A stretch of 64,000 nucleotides of DNA from an uncultured Aliarcobacter sp. GTDB lineage: Bacteria; Campylobacterota; Campylobacteria; Campylobacterales; Arcobacteraceae. Below the pieces are notes generated by a model, which was given only the letters and a program-made list of their open reading frames with translations, had not been told where the DNA came from and ran no database searches. A program made the position numbers and the translations under genes. Below, in pieces: positions 29,484 to 40,116 of this stretch (position 1 is the stretch's first letter; each line of letters starts with the position of its first letter). The stretch lies in the NCBI GenBank assembly GCA_963664305.2, contig CAXXLV010000001.1, forward strand, positions 768,001 to 832,000. The letters run 5' to 3'.

Positions 29484-30308
29484 TTATCTAACTATTTTTA
29501 TATCTGCTGTTAATTTTTGTTTTTCAAAATAATCTTTAAGATATTTTTTCTCTCTTGTACTCATAATATCGTTAAAAATTCTAGCTTTTACACTTTCAAA
29601 TGAAAGAGCTGTTGTTCCATTTTTTCTAACTAAAAAAAGTGAAACAAATTGTTTATTTGCAGTAAATATTGGTGTAAATGAATTTATTTTTGTTTCATTT
29701 AATAAATATTGCATTTGTGGTTGTAAACTTTGTGTTTCTAATGTGATAGGTGCTCTTTCAACATCTGCTGAAACACTTAGTGGGTTTTTTAAAGTTTCTA
29801 ATAAAGCAGCTTTATTTTTTGAACTATATTGAACAACTTCAAAACTTTTTGCTGTTAAAAATTGATTTTGATTTTTTTCATAGTAAAGTTTCATATCTTC
29901 TTCTGTTGCAATTGCAAGTTGACCTTTTACTATTTTTTGAACTAGTTTTTGTCTAATAACTGCATTTTTTGCTTCATTTTCAAAAACTGTATAATCTGGA
30001 TATTTTTGTTTAACTATTGATTTAAAAGTATAAATGTCCATACCATTAGCTTTTGCAAGTTTTTCAATATAATCATTTACATCAAAAACATCTGCTGTTA
30101 TATTGTTTTCTTGAACAACTTGGTCATATAAAATTTTATCTATTAAATAGCTTACTGCTTCATTTTTGCTTACTTTGTTTACTGCCATTGTTCTATCAAT
30201 GTCATAAAGTGTGATTGGCTCGTCATTTACTGTTAATGCAATACCATTTACCATTGCTGCATAAGTAAGACTTGAACCTACAATTAGAGATAAGAAAAGT
30301 TTGTACAT
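29484..30308 (-). CDS. SurA-like periplasmic chaperone / PPIase
   Basis: Signal peptide; GIALTVNDEPITLYDI SurA N-terminus; C-terminal ADIKIVR. Confidence 0.75.
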   Translation of the reverse strand: MYKLFLSLIVGSSLTYAAMVNGIALTVNDEPITLYDIDRTMAVNKVSKNEAVSYLIDKILYDQVVQENNITADVFDVNDYIEKLAKANGMDIYTFKSIVKQKYPDYTVFENEAKNAVIRQKLVQKIVKGQLAIATEEDMKLYYEKNQNQFLTAKSFEVVQYSSKNKAALLETLKNPLSVSADVERAPITLETQSLQPQMQYLLNETKINSFTPIFTANKQFVSLFLVRKNGTTALSFESVKARIFNDIMSTREKKYLKDYFEKQKLTADIKIVR

Positions 30309-30383
30309 GATTATTCCTTCTTTCGTAAAGCAGATATTCTACCAAAAAAATGGTAAATATCTGTTTTTGTATAAGGAATATTA

Positions 30384-33221
30384 TTAATTTTTAGCTTTTG
30401 TTACTTTATTTATTAGATAAAAAATTGAGTTGTAATCAAGCCCAGATTTATCACTTAATCCAATTTCACAAGTTTTAGAAGTTGAAAATGCCATTTTAGC
30501 ACCGTTTGTTTGCTCTTTTAAATATCTAAGTGCAGAATCATTTAGTTCAGGGAAATTAAATCCTCTATCTCCTGCAAATCCACAACATTTTACATCTGCT
30601 GGAATTATTACATTTGTTGAACATAAAAGTGCTAATTTTTTAAATTTATCTTCAAGTCCCATTTTTCTTGAACTACAAGTTGTGTGAATAGTTATTGGTT
30701 CATCTATTGGAGTAAATTCTAAATCTTTTGTTAAAAAAGTTAATGCAAACTCTATTGGTTCATAAATAGATAATTTATGTGAAAAACTTTCCATCATTTT
30801 TTTAGTACAAGGACTTGTATCACATAAAATTGGATACTCTCCAAATTCACTAGCTTCTAGTAAAGCATTTTCTAATTCAGATGATTTTGTACTAGCTGCT
30901 TCATTGAATCCTTTTGAACTAAATGGCATACCACAACATAAATTTGGTAAATTATTTGGGAAGATGATTTGATTACCAGCTTTTTGTAATAGTTCAACTG
31001 TAACATCAAATAGTTCTTTTTCTTCTTTTGAAACATCATTTAATCCCATTGTTCTACTAATACATGAAGGGAAATATACTACTTTTTTATCTTTTACTTG
31101 TTGTTCAAAGTTTAAGTTTATATTTGTACCTTTTGGCATTGTAATTGACCATTTTGGAAGAGAATTTCTACTTAAATCTCTCATAGTTTTGGTGAATGTT
31201 TCCATACTTGGTGTTCCTAAAACTTTATGCATAAAGTTTGCACTATGAAGACCAAATCTAATACCTTTTAATGTTCCACTAAAATTATTTGCAACAAAAT
31301 TTGCAATTGATTTTGCCCCAGGAGTTAGTTGTTCAGCTCTTAAATGTTTAGTTAAACTTCCTGTGTCAATTTTAACAGGACATGCCGTTGAACATAAACT
31401 ACATGTTGCACATGTTTCTATTCCATCATATTGATAAAGTTTTTTGTACTCTTTGGCCTCTTTATGATTTCCAATACTTTCAAGTCTTGAAATCTCTCTA
31501 TTTATTACAATTCTTTGTCTTGGCGTTAATGTTAATTCATTTGATGGACAAGTTGGTTCACAGAAACCACACTCAATACATTTATCAACAATTTCGTTTG
31601 TTGCTGGAAGTGTTTTTAGATTTTTTAAGTGAGCTTCTTTATCATCATTTATTATAACACCTGGGTTTAATAAACCTTTTGGGTCAAATAATGATTTTAT
31701 TTTTTTCATCATAATATAAGCATCATGTCCCCACTCTACTTCAATAAATGCAGCCATGTTTCTTCCCGTTCCATGTTCTGCTTTTAAGCTTCCTTGGTAT
31801 TTAACAGCAACTGAATTAACTACTTCATTCATTAAATCATCATATCTTTTCACTTCTTTAGCATCAGAGAAATCTTGTGTAAATACAAAGTGGAAGTTTC
31901 CTTCTAAAGCATGACCAAAAATTAAAGCTTCACTATAACCATATTTTTGGAATAGTCCTTGAAGTTCAAGTGTAGCTTCTGCTAAAACTTCAATTGGATA
32001 AGCAACATCTTCGATAATAACTGTTGTTCCAGTTACTCTTACAGCTCCAACAGCTGGAAATAACCCTTTTCTAATTTTCCAATAAAGTGTGTACTCCTCA
32101 ACATCTTTTGTAAAGTAGATATCTCTTACAACAGTAAACTCTTTTAACAATTCTTCAATTTGATTTATTTGAATATCTAGTTGCTCATCGCTAATTGCTC
32201 TTGTTTCAATTAAAAGTGCTGTTACTTCATCATCAAAATCTTTTATAAATTTCGGCATTGCTGGATCTTGTTCAATACTTCTAAGACCTGCTCTATCCAT
32301 TAATTCAACAGCATCAACAATAATTTGTTTTGAATCTCGTGCTAGTTTCAATTTTGTAACTGCACTACATGCTTCTTTCATATCTTTAAAATAGATAAGT
32401 GCACTTGCTTTATCTTTTAAATCTTCAACTGTGTAATAAGTTACTTCTTCAATAAATGCTAAAGTTCCTTCACTTCCAATGATTAAATGTTGAAGTATTT
32501 CAAACTCATCATCAAAGTCAATTAACGCATTTAAAGAGTAACCACAAGTATTTTTGATTTTAAATTTTTTCTCAATTTTTGCTCTTAATTCTTCATTCGA
32601 TTTTGTATCATCTGAAAAGCTTTTTAAATCTTTTAGGAAATCGGCATGAGTTTTTCTAAATTCATTTTTACTCTCTTCACAAGCTGTATCAAGTTTAGTT
32701 CCATCTGCAAAGATTAATTTCATAGATTTTAAAGTTTTATAAGAGTTTTGAGAAATTCCACAACACATTCCTGATGCATTATTTGCAGCAATTCCACCAA
32801 TCATAGCAGCATTTATACTTGCTGGATCTGGACCAATTTTTTTAGAATATCTTGCTAATAATCCATTTGCTTGAGCACCTGTTAGGGCTGGTTCTAATGA
32901 AATATAACTTGCATCTGGTGCTATTTTAAAGTTTGAGAAATTTCTAGAAGTTATAACTAAAATAGAATCACTAATTGCTTGACCTGAAAGTGAAGTTCCA
33001 CCTGCTCTAAATGTAATGCTTAAATTCATTGAAGAAGATAATTCAATAATATCTTGAACCTCTTTTGCATTATCTGTTTTGATTACTATTTTTGGAATTA
33101 ATCTATAAAAAGATGCATCCGTTCCATATGCTAAAGTGTGTAGTTTATCTGTGAAGATTTTATCTTTTGAGATTTTTAATGAAATCTCATCAAAAAATTT
33201 TTGGTATTTGCTATCTAACAT
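30384..33221 (-). CDS. dld: FAD- and Fe-S-containing D-lactate dehydrogenase (Dld-II type)
   Basis: RAGGTSLSGQA FAD-binding domain, KAEHGTG, two CxxCxxCxxxCP, two CCG domains; clustered with lutABC. Confidence 0.85.
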   Translation of the reverse strand: MLDSKYQKFFDEISLKISKDKIFTDKLHTLAYGTDASFYRLIPKIVIKTDNAKEVQDIIELSSSMNLSITFRAGGTSLSGQAISDSILVITSRNFSNFKIAPDASYISLEPALTGAQANGLLARYSKKIGPDPASINAAMIGGIAANNASGMCCGISQNSYKTLKSMKLIFADGTKLDTACEESKNEFRKTHADFLKDLKSFSDDTKSNEELRAKIEKKFKIKNTCGYSLNALIDFDDEFEILQHLIIGSEGTLAFIEEVTYYTVEDLKDKASALIYFKDMKEACSAVTKLKLARDSKQIIVDAVELMDRAGLRSIEQDPAMPKFIKDFDDEVTALLIETRAISDEQLDIQINQIEELLKEFTVVRDIYFTKDVEEYTLYWKIRKGLFPAVGAVRVTGTTVIIEDVAYPIEVLAEATLELQGLFQKYGYSEALIFGHALEGNFHFVFTQDFSDAKEVKRYDDLMNEVVNSVAVKYQGSLKAEHGTGRNMAAFIEVEWGHDAYIMMKKIKSLFDPKGLLNPGVIINDDKEAHLKNLKTLPATNEIVDKCIECGFCEPTCPSNELTLTPRQRIVINREISRLESIGNHKEAKEYKKLYQYDGIETCATCSLCSTACPVKIDTGSLTKHLRAEQLTPGAKSIANFVANNFSGTLKGIRFGLHSANFMHKVLGTPSMETFTKTMRDLSRNSLPKWSITMPKGTNINLNFEQQVKDKKVVYFPSCISRTMGLNDVSKEEKELFDVTVELLQKAGNQIIFPNNLPNLCCGMPFSSKGFNEAASTKSSELENALLEASEFGEYPILCDTSPCTKKMMESFSHKLSIYEPIEFALTFLTKDLEFTPIDEPITIHTTCSSRKMGLEDKFKKLALLCSTNVIIPADVKCCGFAGDRGFNFPELNDSALRYLKEQTNGAKMAFSTSKTCEIGLSDKSGLDYNSIFYLINKVTKAKN

Positions 33222-33268
33222 TTTTTTCCTTTTTTTAATTGTTGTTTTGTTTTGAAAAAAAGATTTAA

Positions 33269-33388
33269 TTATTCAAGCCTTGGTACAGTATAAATTCTTT
33301 GTTGAGGGTCATTAACAAAAGAAAACATTTTATCTTTTGTTTTAAAGATTAGATTTAAAATAAGTATAAAAAAATTTTTAGTTTTCAT
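33269..33388 (-). CDS. unannotated 39-aa small protein MKTKNFFILILNLIFKTKDKMFSFVNDPQQRIYTVPRLE
   Basis: Manually translated; AAGAAGAG purine-rich SD upstream of ATG 33388; fills most of the dctM-dld gap. Confidence 0.5.
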   Translation of the reverse strand: MKTKNFFILILNLIFKTKDKMFSFVNDPQQRIYTVPRLE

Positions 33389-33406
33389 ATCTCTTCTTGA
33401 TTAAAA

Positions 33407-33429
33407 TGTAAGAGGAAAAACCTCTTACA
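33407..33429 (-). terminator. hairpin/terminator after dctM
   Basis: TGTAAGAGG-aaaaa-CCTCTTACA perfect stem followed on the minus strand by TTTT. Confidence 0.7.
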
Positions 33430-33433
33430 ATGG

Positions 33434-34789
33434 TTATTGTGTTATTCCAAAAAATTCTGGGAAGAATACAAGAGTTAATAAAACAGCTACTTGTATTAGA
33501 ATAAATGGTAAAACACCTTTATAAATATCTATAGTTCTTACACTTGGTGGAACAACCCCTTTTAAATAGAAAAGAGAGAATCCAAACGGTGGCGTTAAGA
33601 AAGATGTTTGTAAATTCATAGCAATTAATATTGCAAACCAAACAGGACTAATTCCTAATGTATCAGCAATTGGAACAAGAATTGGAACAATAATATATGA
33701 AATCTCAACGAAATCAATAAAGAATCCTAAAACAAAAATTGCTAACATTGTAAATAAAATGAAGGCAATTTTTTCATCACCTGGAAGATTTGTCATAAAA
33801 TGTTCAACGATTTCATCTCCACCAGTATATGTAAATACCATTGAGAATGCAGTTGCTCCAATTAAAATACCAAATACCATTGATGTTACTTTTACTGATT
33901 CAAAAGCAGCTTCTTTTACCATGTTTATTGAAAAACTTCTATATAAAACTGCAAGTAATACAGCACCAAGACAACCAACAGCAGATGATTCAGTTGGAGT
34001 TGCAACTCCTGCAAAAATTGAACCTAAAACTAAAACAATTAGAGTTAGTGATGGAATAATTGCAATAAGTGCACCTACAACTTGTTTTGATTTAGAACCT
34101 CTTGCTGGATCCTTTGGAATAGATGGTGCAAAATCTTTTTTAATATAAGAAACAACTAATATAAATAAAATATACGCTCCAACTAATGCTAGACCTGGCC
34201 AAATTGCAGCTTGGAATAAATCACCAACAGGTACTTGGAAAACATCTCCTAAAATAATTAAAACAATTGAAGGAGGAATAATTTGTCCTAAAGTTCCAGA
34301 AGCACAAATCGTTCCCGTTGCAAGTGGTAAGTTATATTTATATTTCATCATAACTGGAAGTGAAATAACTCCCATAGCCACAACAGATGCTCCAACAACT
34401 CCAGTAGAAGCAGCAAGTAATGTTCCTACAAGTACAGTTGAAATTGCAACTCCACCTCTAATTTCTCCAAATAAGAATCCCATAGATTCTAAAAGTTTTT
34501 CAGCAAGTCCAGTTTTTTGTAAAATAATTCCCATAAAAATGAACATTGGAACAGACATCAAAATAGTATTTTGCATGATAGACATAATTCTAAATGGCAT
34601 GAAATCAAACATTCCAAGACCTTCATCTAGTCCATCGACTAATCCTTGCCAAACACCATCATCAAAACCAACTTCAACTATTCCTGCAATTACACCAAAT
34701 AGTAAAGAAACAGCCGCAAAAGTAAATGCTACAGGAAAACCATATAGTAACATTACCAATGAGGCAAAAAACATAATTATACCAATCAT
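33434..34789 (-). CDS. dctM: TRAP transporter large permease
   Basis: GTLGQIIPPS, GVATPTES, LQTSFLTPPFG; highly hydrophobic. Confidence 0.93.
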   Translation of the reverse strand: MIGIIMFFASLVMLLYGFPVAFTFAAVSLLFGVIAGIVEVGFDDGVWQGLVDGLDEGLGMFDFMPFRIMSIMQNTILMSVPMFIFMGIILQKTGLAEKLLESMGFLFGEIRGGVAISTVLVGTLLAASTGVVGASVVAMGVISLPVMMKYKYNLPLATGTICASGTLGQIIPPSIVLIILGDVFQVPVGDLFQAAIWPGLALVGAYILFILVVSYIKKDFAPSIPKDPARGSKSKQVVGALIAIIPSLTLIVLVLGSIFAGVATPTESSAVGCLGAVLLAVLYRSFSINMVKEAAFESVKVTSMVFGILIGATAFSMVFTYTGGDEIVEHFMTNLPGDEKIAFILFTMLAIFVLGFFIDFVEISYIIVPILVPIADTLGISPVWFAILIAMNLQTSFLTPPFGFSLFYLKGVVPPSVRTIDIYKGVLPFILIQVAVLLTLVFFPEFFGITQ

Positions 34790-35394
34790 TTGTTTTCCTC
34801 TTTTCCATCAATGTCTACTACATGATGTTTGTGCTCATTTAATTCATTTTTTAAATTTTCAATTTCACCTTTTAGATTATATTCATCCATATCATGTAAA
34901 CCTTTGTATATATTTAGGTTTTTTATAAAAAATCCAATTGATGTAATAATCAATAAGAAAAATGATAAAGGAATTAATGATTTTACAATCCATCTAAAAG
35001 GAAGCCCACCTGGATCTCCACTTTGTTCATGAGATGTGAAAGATTCAACAACAAATGGAATAGATTCAACTGCAATTAGTAAAGCTACAGGAATTATGAA
35101 TAAAACAACTCCAACCATATTAATTTTTGCTTTTTTCTTATTTGTTAATCTATCATATATTAAATCAACTCTTACGTGACCATCTTCTTTTAATGTATAA
35201 GATATACCTAAAAGAATAATTACTGAAAATAAGTGCCATTCCATCTCTTGCATAGCGATACTTCCTGTATGAAAAAAGTATCTCATAATTACGTCATAAG
35301 TTACATTTAAAATCATAAGTACCATTACAAAAGCAGTAATATAGCCTATAATATCAGCAAATTTATCAAAACCTCGTTCTAGTTTTAACAGCAT
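34786..35394 (-). CDS. dctQ: TRAP transporter small permease
   Basis: DVIMRY, QEMEWH, HVRVD, E.S.DPGGL; 4 TM. Confidence 0.92.
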   Translation of the reverse strand: MLLKLERGFDKFADIIGYITAFVMVLMILNVTYDVIMRYFFHTGSIAMQEMEWHLFSVIILLGISYTLKEDGHVRVDLIYDRLTNKKKAKINMVGVVLFIIPVALLIAVESIPFVVESFTSHEQSGDPGGLPFRWIVKSLIPLSFFLLIITSIGFFIKNLNIYKGLHDMDEYNLKGEIENLKNELNEHKHHVVDIDGKEENK

Positions 35395-35483
35395 AATAAT
35401 CCTTTTGAAATTTCTTGATAAGTTAAATAAATATAAACGGTTAATACATTTATTAAACTTATTATATCTATTTTAAGTTAAGT

Positions 35484-35510
35484 AGCTAACTCTCAGAAGA
35501 GAGTTAGTTA
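35484..35510 (-). terminator. stem-loop between dctP and dctQ
   Basis: CTAACTCTC-agaa-GAGAGTTAG inverted repeat right after the dctP stop. Confidence 0.6.
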
Positions 35511-35513
35511 ATT

Positions 35514-36578
35514 TTATAAATTGTCTTTTAAGTATAAATAGTCAGACATTTCTGTCCATTTTCTAGATTTTTTTTGATAAGCTTCTTGAGATTCTAAAGT
35601 CTCTTTTAATAATGGAGATTGAGCTTTTAATTCTGTTAATAACTCATCATTAGCTTTTTTCATAGCATCCATAACTGGTTTTGGGAAAGTTTTAACTTTG
35701 ATATTTGGGAACTCAGTTAACATAGTTGACCAAGCTTCACTACTCATGTGGTAGTTTTGAATATACATATCATAAGCACTTACTCTCATTGCTGTTAATA
35801 AAATTTGTTGGTAATCTTTTGGTAATTTATCAAAAGATTTTTGATTTACTAAGAATTGTAATTCTGTTGCTGGTTCATGCCAACCTGTATAGTAATATGG
35901 TGCAATTTTGTGGAATCCCATAGAAATATCCATACCTGGGCCAACCCATTCTAACGCATCAATAGTACCTCTTTCAAGTGAAGTATAAAGTTCACCTGGA
36001 GCAATATTAGTAACTGTTAATCCAAGTTTTGCCATAACTTCTCCAGCAAATCCTGGAATTCTCATTTTTAGACCTTTTAAGTCATCAAGAGAGTTGATTT
36101 CTTTTCTAAACCAACCACCCATTTGGTTTCCAGTATTTCCACCTGGATAAGATAAAACACCATGTTTAGCATATGCTTTTTGCATTAATTCCATTCCACC
36201 ACCATAGTAGAACCATGCATATTGCTCAGGTGCAGTTAATCCAAAAGGCATTGTTGTGAATGGTAATGTTTCAATATCTTTACCTTTCCAGTAATAAGAA
36301 GCAGAGTGACCCATATCATATTGACCACCTTTAACCATATCTAAAATACCTAATGGTGATTTATGTTTATTAGCAGCGTCAATTCTAATTTGGAATTTTC
36401 CATCTGACATCTCTTCAACAAGTTTTGCCATATTTGTTGGTGAATCAATAAATGGACTTAAAGTTGAACCCCAAGTTGTTGCTAGTGTCCATTTTACTTT
36501 TTCTGCAGCATTTGCAACAGTAGCTAAACCTGCAATAAGTGCAGTTGTAACTAGTAATTTCGTAGTTTTTTGTAACAT
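35514..36578 (-). CDS. dctP: TRAP substrate-binding protein (TakP / lactate-binding subfamily)
   Basis: Signal peptide; SYYWKGK, GNTGNQMGGWF, LKMRIPG, ALEWVGP, GWHEP. Confidence 0.92.
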   Translation of the reverse strand: MLQKTTKLLVTTALIAGLATVANAAEKVKWTLATTWGSTLSPFIDSPTNMAKLVEEMSDGKFQIRIDAANKHKSPLGILDMVKGGQYDMGHSASYYWKGKDIETLPFTTMPFGLTAPEQYAWFYYGGGMELMQKAYAKHGVLSYPGGNTGNQMGGWFRKEINSLDDLKGLKMRIPGFAGEVMAKLGLTVTNIAPGELYTSLERGTIDALEWVGPGMDISMGFHKIAPYYYTGWHEPATELQFLVNQKSFDKLPKDYQQILLTAMRVSAYDMYIQNYHMSSEAWSTMLTEFPNIKVKTFPKPVMDAMKKANDELLTELKAQSPLLKETLESQEAYQKKSRKWTEMSDYLYLKDNL

Positions 36579-36623
36579 TTCATTTCTCCTTAGATTTGTT
36601 ATTTTAAATTCTAACTAGTAGAC

Positions 36624-36644
36624 ATGAAAATTATATGATATTTT
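36624..36644 (-). promoter_or_regulatory. direct-repeat regulator box (TATCAT-N5-TTTCAT) 10 bp upstream of the dctP -10
   Basis: 18/21 identical to 42277-42297 with the same spacing to a -10 hexamer (TAGAAT at 36613-36608). Confidence 0.6.
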
Positions 36645-36663
36645 TCCAATAAATATGTAATAT

Positions 36664-37308
36664 TTATGTAATTTTAAATATATATCCTGTGTCTACAACA
36701 GTTTGAATATAATCTTTTTCAAGTATTTTTCTAACCCGTCTTATTAGACTTCTAATAGATTCTAAAGAGGCAAAATTACCTTCCCAAACGTAGTTTTCTA
36801 TACTTTCATAAGAGATAACTTGATTTTTTTTAGTTAAAAAAAGATTTATAAGAAGTTTCTCTTTTTTTGTTAATCTTACTTCCACATTATTGATAACAAC
36901 CAAAGCTGATTTAAAATCAAAATAAGAGTTTTCATCAAAATAGATTTTTTCATTTTGTATCTTGCAAAGCTTTTCTATTTTTATCTCTAATTCATCAATA
37001 AAAAAAGGTTTCTTTAAAAAATCATTACAACCAAAGTCATATGCTTCTTTTATCACATCTAGTTCAACACTAGCACTAATGATTATAACTGGAAGTGAAC
37101 TATAGAATTCTCTAATTTTTTTTAATATTTTTATTCCATCAATATTTGGGACATTGATATCTAAAATAAAACATGAAAATCCCTCTGTTATTTTCTCATA
37201 AGCTTCTTTGCCATCAATAAATGACAAAACATTGTAACCTTTGAGTTTTAATCTTTTTGAAATAGCTTCGTTTAATTTTTTATTATCTTCTAAAAGTAAA
37301 ATCTTCAT
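36664..37308 (-). CDS. OmpR-family response regulator
   Basis: LLLEDN, ILDINVP, KKPF; winged-helix C-terminus IQTVVDTGY. Confidence 0.92.
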   Translation of the reverse strand: MKILLLEDNKKLNEAISKRLKLKGYNVLSFIDGKEAYEKITEGFSCFILDINVPNIDGIKILKKIREFYSSLPVIIISASVELDVIKEAYDFGCNDFLKKPFFIDELEIKIEKLCKIQNEKIYFDENSYFDFKSALVVINNVEVRLTKKEKLLINLFLTKKNQVISYESIENYVWEGNFASLESIRSLIRRVRKILEKDYIQTVVDTGYIFKIT

Positions 37309-37310
37309 TT

Positions 37311-39503
37311 TTATACCTTTTTATGAGGAAGTTTTATAGTAAAGATAACATTGTCATCTTCATTTCTTACTTTTATACTTCCTCTCATTTTATCTTCAAT
37401 AATAACTTTTGCCATATAAAGCCCAAAACCAGTTCCATTTTCTTTAGTTGTGAAATATGGATCAAAAATAGAATTTATTATTTTGTCGTCGATTTTTCCA
37501 CCATTATCAATAATTTCTATTGTATTATAAGTTGAACATCTTTCTATATTTATATCTATTTTAGCTTGTTTTTCATCATCTTTAAAATTCTCAACTATTT
37601 TGTTTTTTGCGTTGTTAATCAAATTTAATAAAACTTGTTTGAATTCATTTTCGTAACCATATATTAGTAGTTCTTCATTTTTATTTTTATAATTAAAACT
37701 CATTTTTATATTAGAATAGAATATCTGTTTTCCAATAATTTCATTTATTTCATTTAAAGCTTTTGAGATAGAAAAAAGTTTTTTTGTAGTTGAAGGTTTT
37801 AAGAAATTTCTAAAATCACTTAAAGTTTTTGACATATATTTTATTTGTACCATTGAATCATTTACAAAATCTTTTACATCAACATCTTTTAATTCATTTA
37901 AAAGATAAGTAGTTTGAATATCTTGAACAAGCGCAGACAACTCAACTAATGGTTCATTCCATTGATGAGCAATAGCAGCAATCATATCACCCATTTCTGC
38001 TAATTTACTTTGTTGGATTAAAAACTGTTTTTGTTGAACACGTTCAGTAATATCATCCATAATACAAACTATCCCACCAACAGTTCCATCAATATTTTTA
38101 TAAACAGCTTTATTTAAAATGATATGTTTCATCTCTTTAGAAGGTGTATGAAATGTAAATTCAGATGTACTTGTAGAAAATGTTTGAAGTAATTCTTGAT
38201 CTATTTGTGTATTTGCAGAAGCAATTTTATAAGGGAAAAAGTCAAAAGCAGTTTTTCCAATAATTTCATCTCTTGTGCTATCAACTAAATTTTCAAAACT
38301 AGTATTACATCCTAAAAATTTTCCATCAATATTTTTATAATAAATAGGATTTGGAATAGTATCTAGTAGTACTTTATCAAATTCAAGTCTGTTTGAAAGT
38401 GCTAATTCAACTTTTTCTCTTCTTTGAATATTTGCCCTTAAAATTAGAACAATAATACTTAGAGTCAAAATTATTAGAATTGAAATTACAAAAAATTTAT
38501 AATGTTCTTTATATACGGAACTTGGTTCATTTATGATAATTGGGTCATTTACATAATCTGATATATTTATATTAAATTTTTTTAATTCATTATAATCAAA
38601 CATGTAAAGATTTGGTGATTTTTCTAAGATAGGAATATCTTTTGGATTTTTACCATTTAAAATCTCTAAAGCCATTTTAGAAACAGCTTCTCCTTGAGCA
38701 ACTGCTGAAGTTAAAAGACCTCCAACTATCCCATCATTTAGATAAAAATCCCAAAGACCATAAATTGGAACTTGACTAACTTTTTTCACTTCTTGAAAAC
38801 TTTGTTTATATGTAAAATATTTTCCAGTTGTATCTTTAAAAAGTAAAACGAATAAAATTACACTATTCTCTTTATCTAAATTTGAAACTTTATTTTTTAA
38901 ACTATTGATTTCTAAATTATCTGTATATTCAATGTTAAATTTCTTTTGATATTTTTCAATAATAGGATTTAAATCTCTTTTTACAGCATTTCCTGTTGCC
39001 GAACGGTCATTTATAATTAATAAATTTTTTAGATTTGGATGTAGTTTTGAAATTAATTCAATATTCTTTTCAACATCAACTTCTTCTGCAACTCCCGTCA
39101 TAATATCTTTCATATCATTTTCATGAAGTAATACTTTATCAAAATTGTTTATTCCACAAAAAACAACTGGTACATCTTTGAAAAGATATTCGTGATATTT
39201 AATTATAAAATCAAACGCATTATTATCACTTATTATAATTAAATCAAATTTTCTATTTTCAAATTGTTGTTTATAAAGTTTTACTAGATTTGATAGATAC
39301 TCAGGTGTGTCAATTCTTTTGGTATCCATATAAATTGTAGTTAGTTCTACATCTTTTAGTGGTTTGAAATTTTTTTCAATTGTTTTTGATATATCATCGG
39401 TCCAAATATAACCTTTATGATATGAGTGAATTAAAAGTACCTCTTTACTTGAAGCAAAGAGGTAATTAAAAAAAAGTAAGCTAAATAGTAAAATATATTT
39501 CAT
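37311..39503 (-). CDS. sensor histidine kinase (periplasmic ABC-SBP-like sensor, PAS, HisKA, HATPase)
   Basis: Signal peptide, VLLIHSYH sensor start, TM, PAS, AIAHQW, NLINNA, DNGG, FDPYFTTK, GTGFGL. Confidence 0.92.
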   Translation of the reverse strand: MKYILLFSLLFFNYLFASSKEVLLIHSYHKGYIWTDDISKTIEKNFKPLKDVELTTIYMDTKRIDTPEYLSNLVKLYKQQFENRKFDLIIISDNNAFDFIIKYHEYLFKDVPVVFCGINNFDKVLLHENDMKDIMTGVAEEVDVEKNIELISKLHPNLKNLLIINDRSATGNAVKRDLNPIIEKYQKKFNIEYTDNLEINSLKNKVSNLDKENSVILFVLLFKDTTGKYFTYKQSFQEVKKVSQVPIYGLWDFYLNDGIVGGLLTSAVAQGEAVSKMALEILNGKNPKDIPILEKSPNLYMFDYNELKKFNINISDYVNDPIIINEPSSVYKEHYKFFVISILIILTLSIIVLILRANIQRREKVELALSNRLEFDKVLLDTIPNPIYYKNIDGKFLGCNTSFENLVDSTRDEIIGKTAFDFFPYKIASANTQIDQELLQTFSTSTSEFTFHTPSKEMKHIILNKAVYKNIDGTVGGIVCIMDDITERVQQKQFLIQQSKLAEMGDMIAAIAHQWNEPLVELSALVQDIQTTYLLNELKDVDVKDFVNDSMVQIKYMSKTLSDFRNFLKPSTTKKLFSISKALNEINEIIGKQIFYSNIKMSFNYKNKNEELLIYGYENEFKQVLLNLINNAKNKIVENFKDDEKQAKIDINIERCSTYNTIEIIDNGGKIDDKIINSIFDPYFTTKENGTGFGLYMAKVIIEDKMRGSIKVRNEDDNVIFTIKLPHKKV

Positions 39504-39528
39504 TAAAATCCCCTATCTAGCAATTATA

Positions 39529-40116
39529 TCAAGATTTTACGAAAATCACATACCCTGATTTTGGACCATGAGCTCCAATAACTAATGATTGTTCAATATC
39601 TGCAGTTTTAGATGGACCTGAAATAAATACACCATAACCTTGGTTTTCAAAAGAGATTTTTTCATATGCTTCATGCATATTGTTTAAAATATCATTTTCA
39701 TCTATAACAATTACGATATTTTGTGCAATAAAATATAAAGCTCTATGTCTATTTGATGGATTTTTCATCCAAATTGCACCATTTTCTGCAACTGCAAAAT
39801 TTCCTTTTACAACAGCTAAATCAATATCTTTTAAATCATGAGCATCTTCAAAGCTATTTGCATAAAAGTTTCCTAAATTACAAAAATCTACATTTGAAGC
39901 TATTTGTTTTTCTTTTGGATATAAATCTTTTATAGTTTGGTCTAAATCTTTTTTATCAATAATTAAAGCTTTCCCACCAACACTTTCAAGCATTGTAGAA
40001 AATGTTTGAAATTTATCTTCAAATTTTATTCCAAAATTATCATATGAAGGAAGTTTTACATCTTTTACGACATTGTTTTCTCTAATTGCATTTAAAATCT
40101 TTTCTTTACTAGTCAT
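39529..40116 (-). CDS. lutC: L-lactate utilisation protein LutC/LldG
   Basis: AVAENGA and FISGPSKTADIEQSLVIGAHGP LUD motifs. Confidence 0.9.
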   Translation of the reverse strand: MTSKEKILNAIRENNVVKDVKLPSYDNFGIKFEDKFQTFSTMLESVGGKALIIDKKDLDQTIKDLYPKEKQIASNVDFCNLGNFYANSFEDAHDLKDIDLAVVKGNFAVAENGAIWMKNPSNRHRALYFIAQNIVIVIDENDILNNMHEAYEKISFENQGYGVFISGPSKTADIEQSLVIGAHGPKSGYVIFVKS

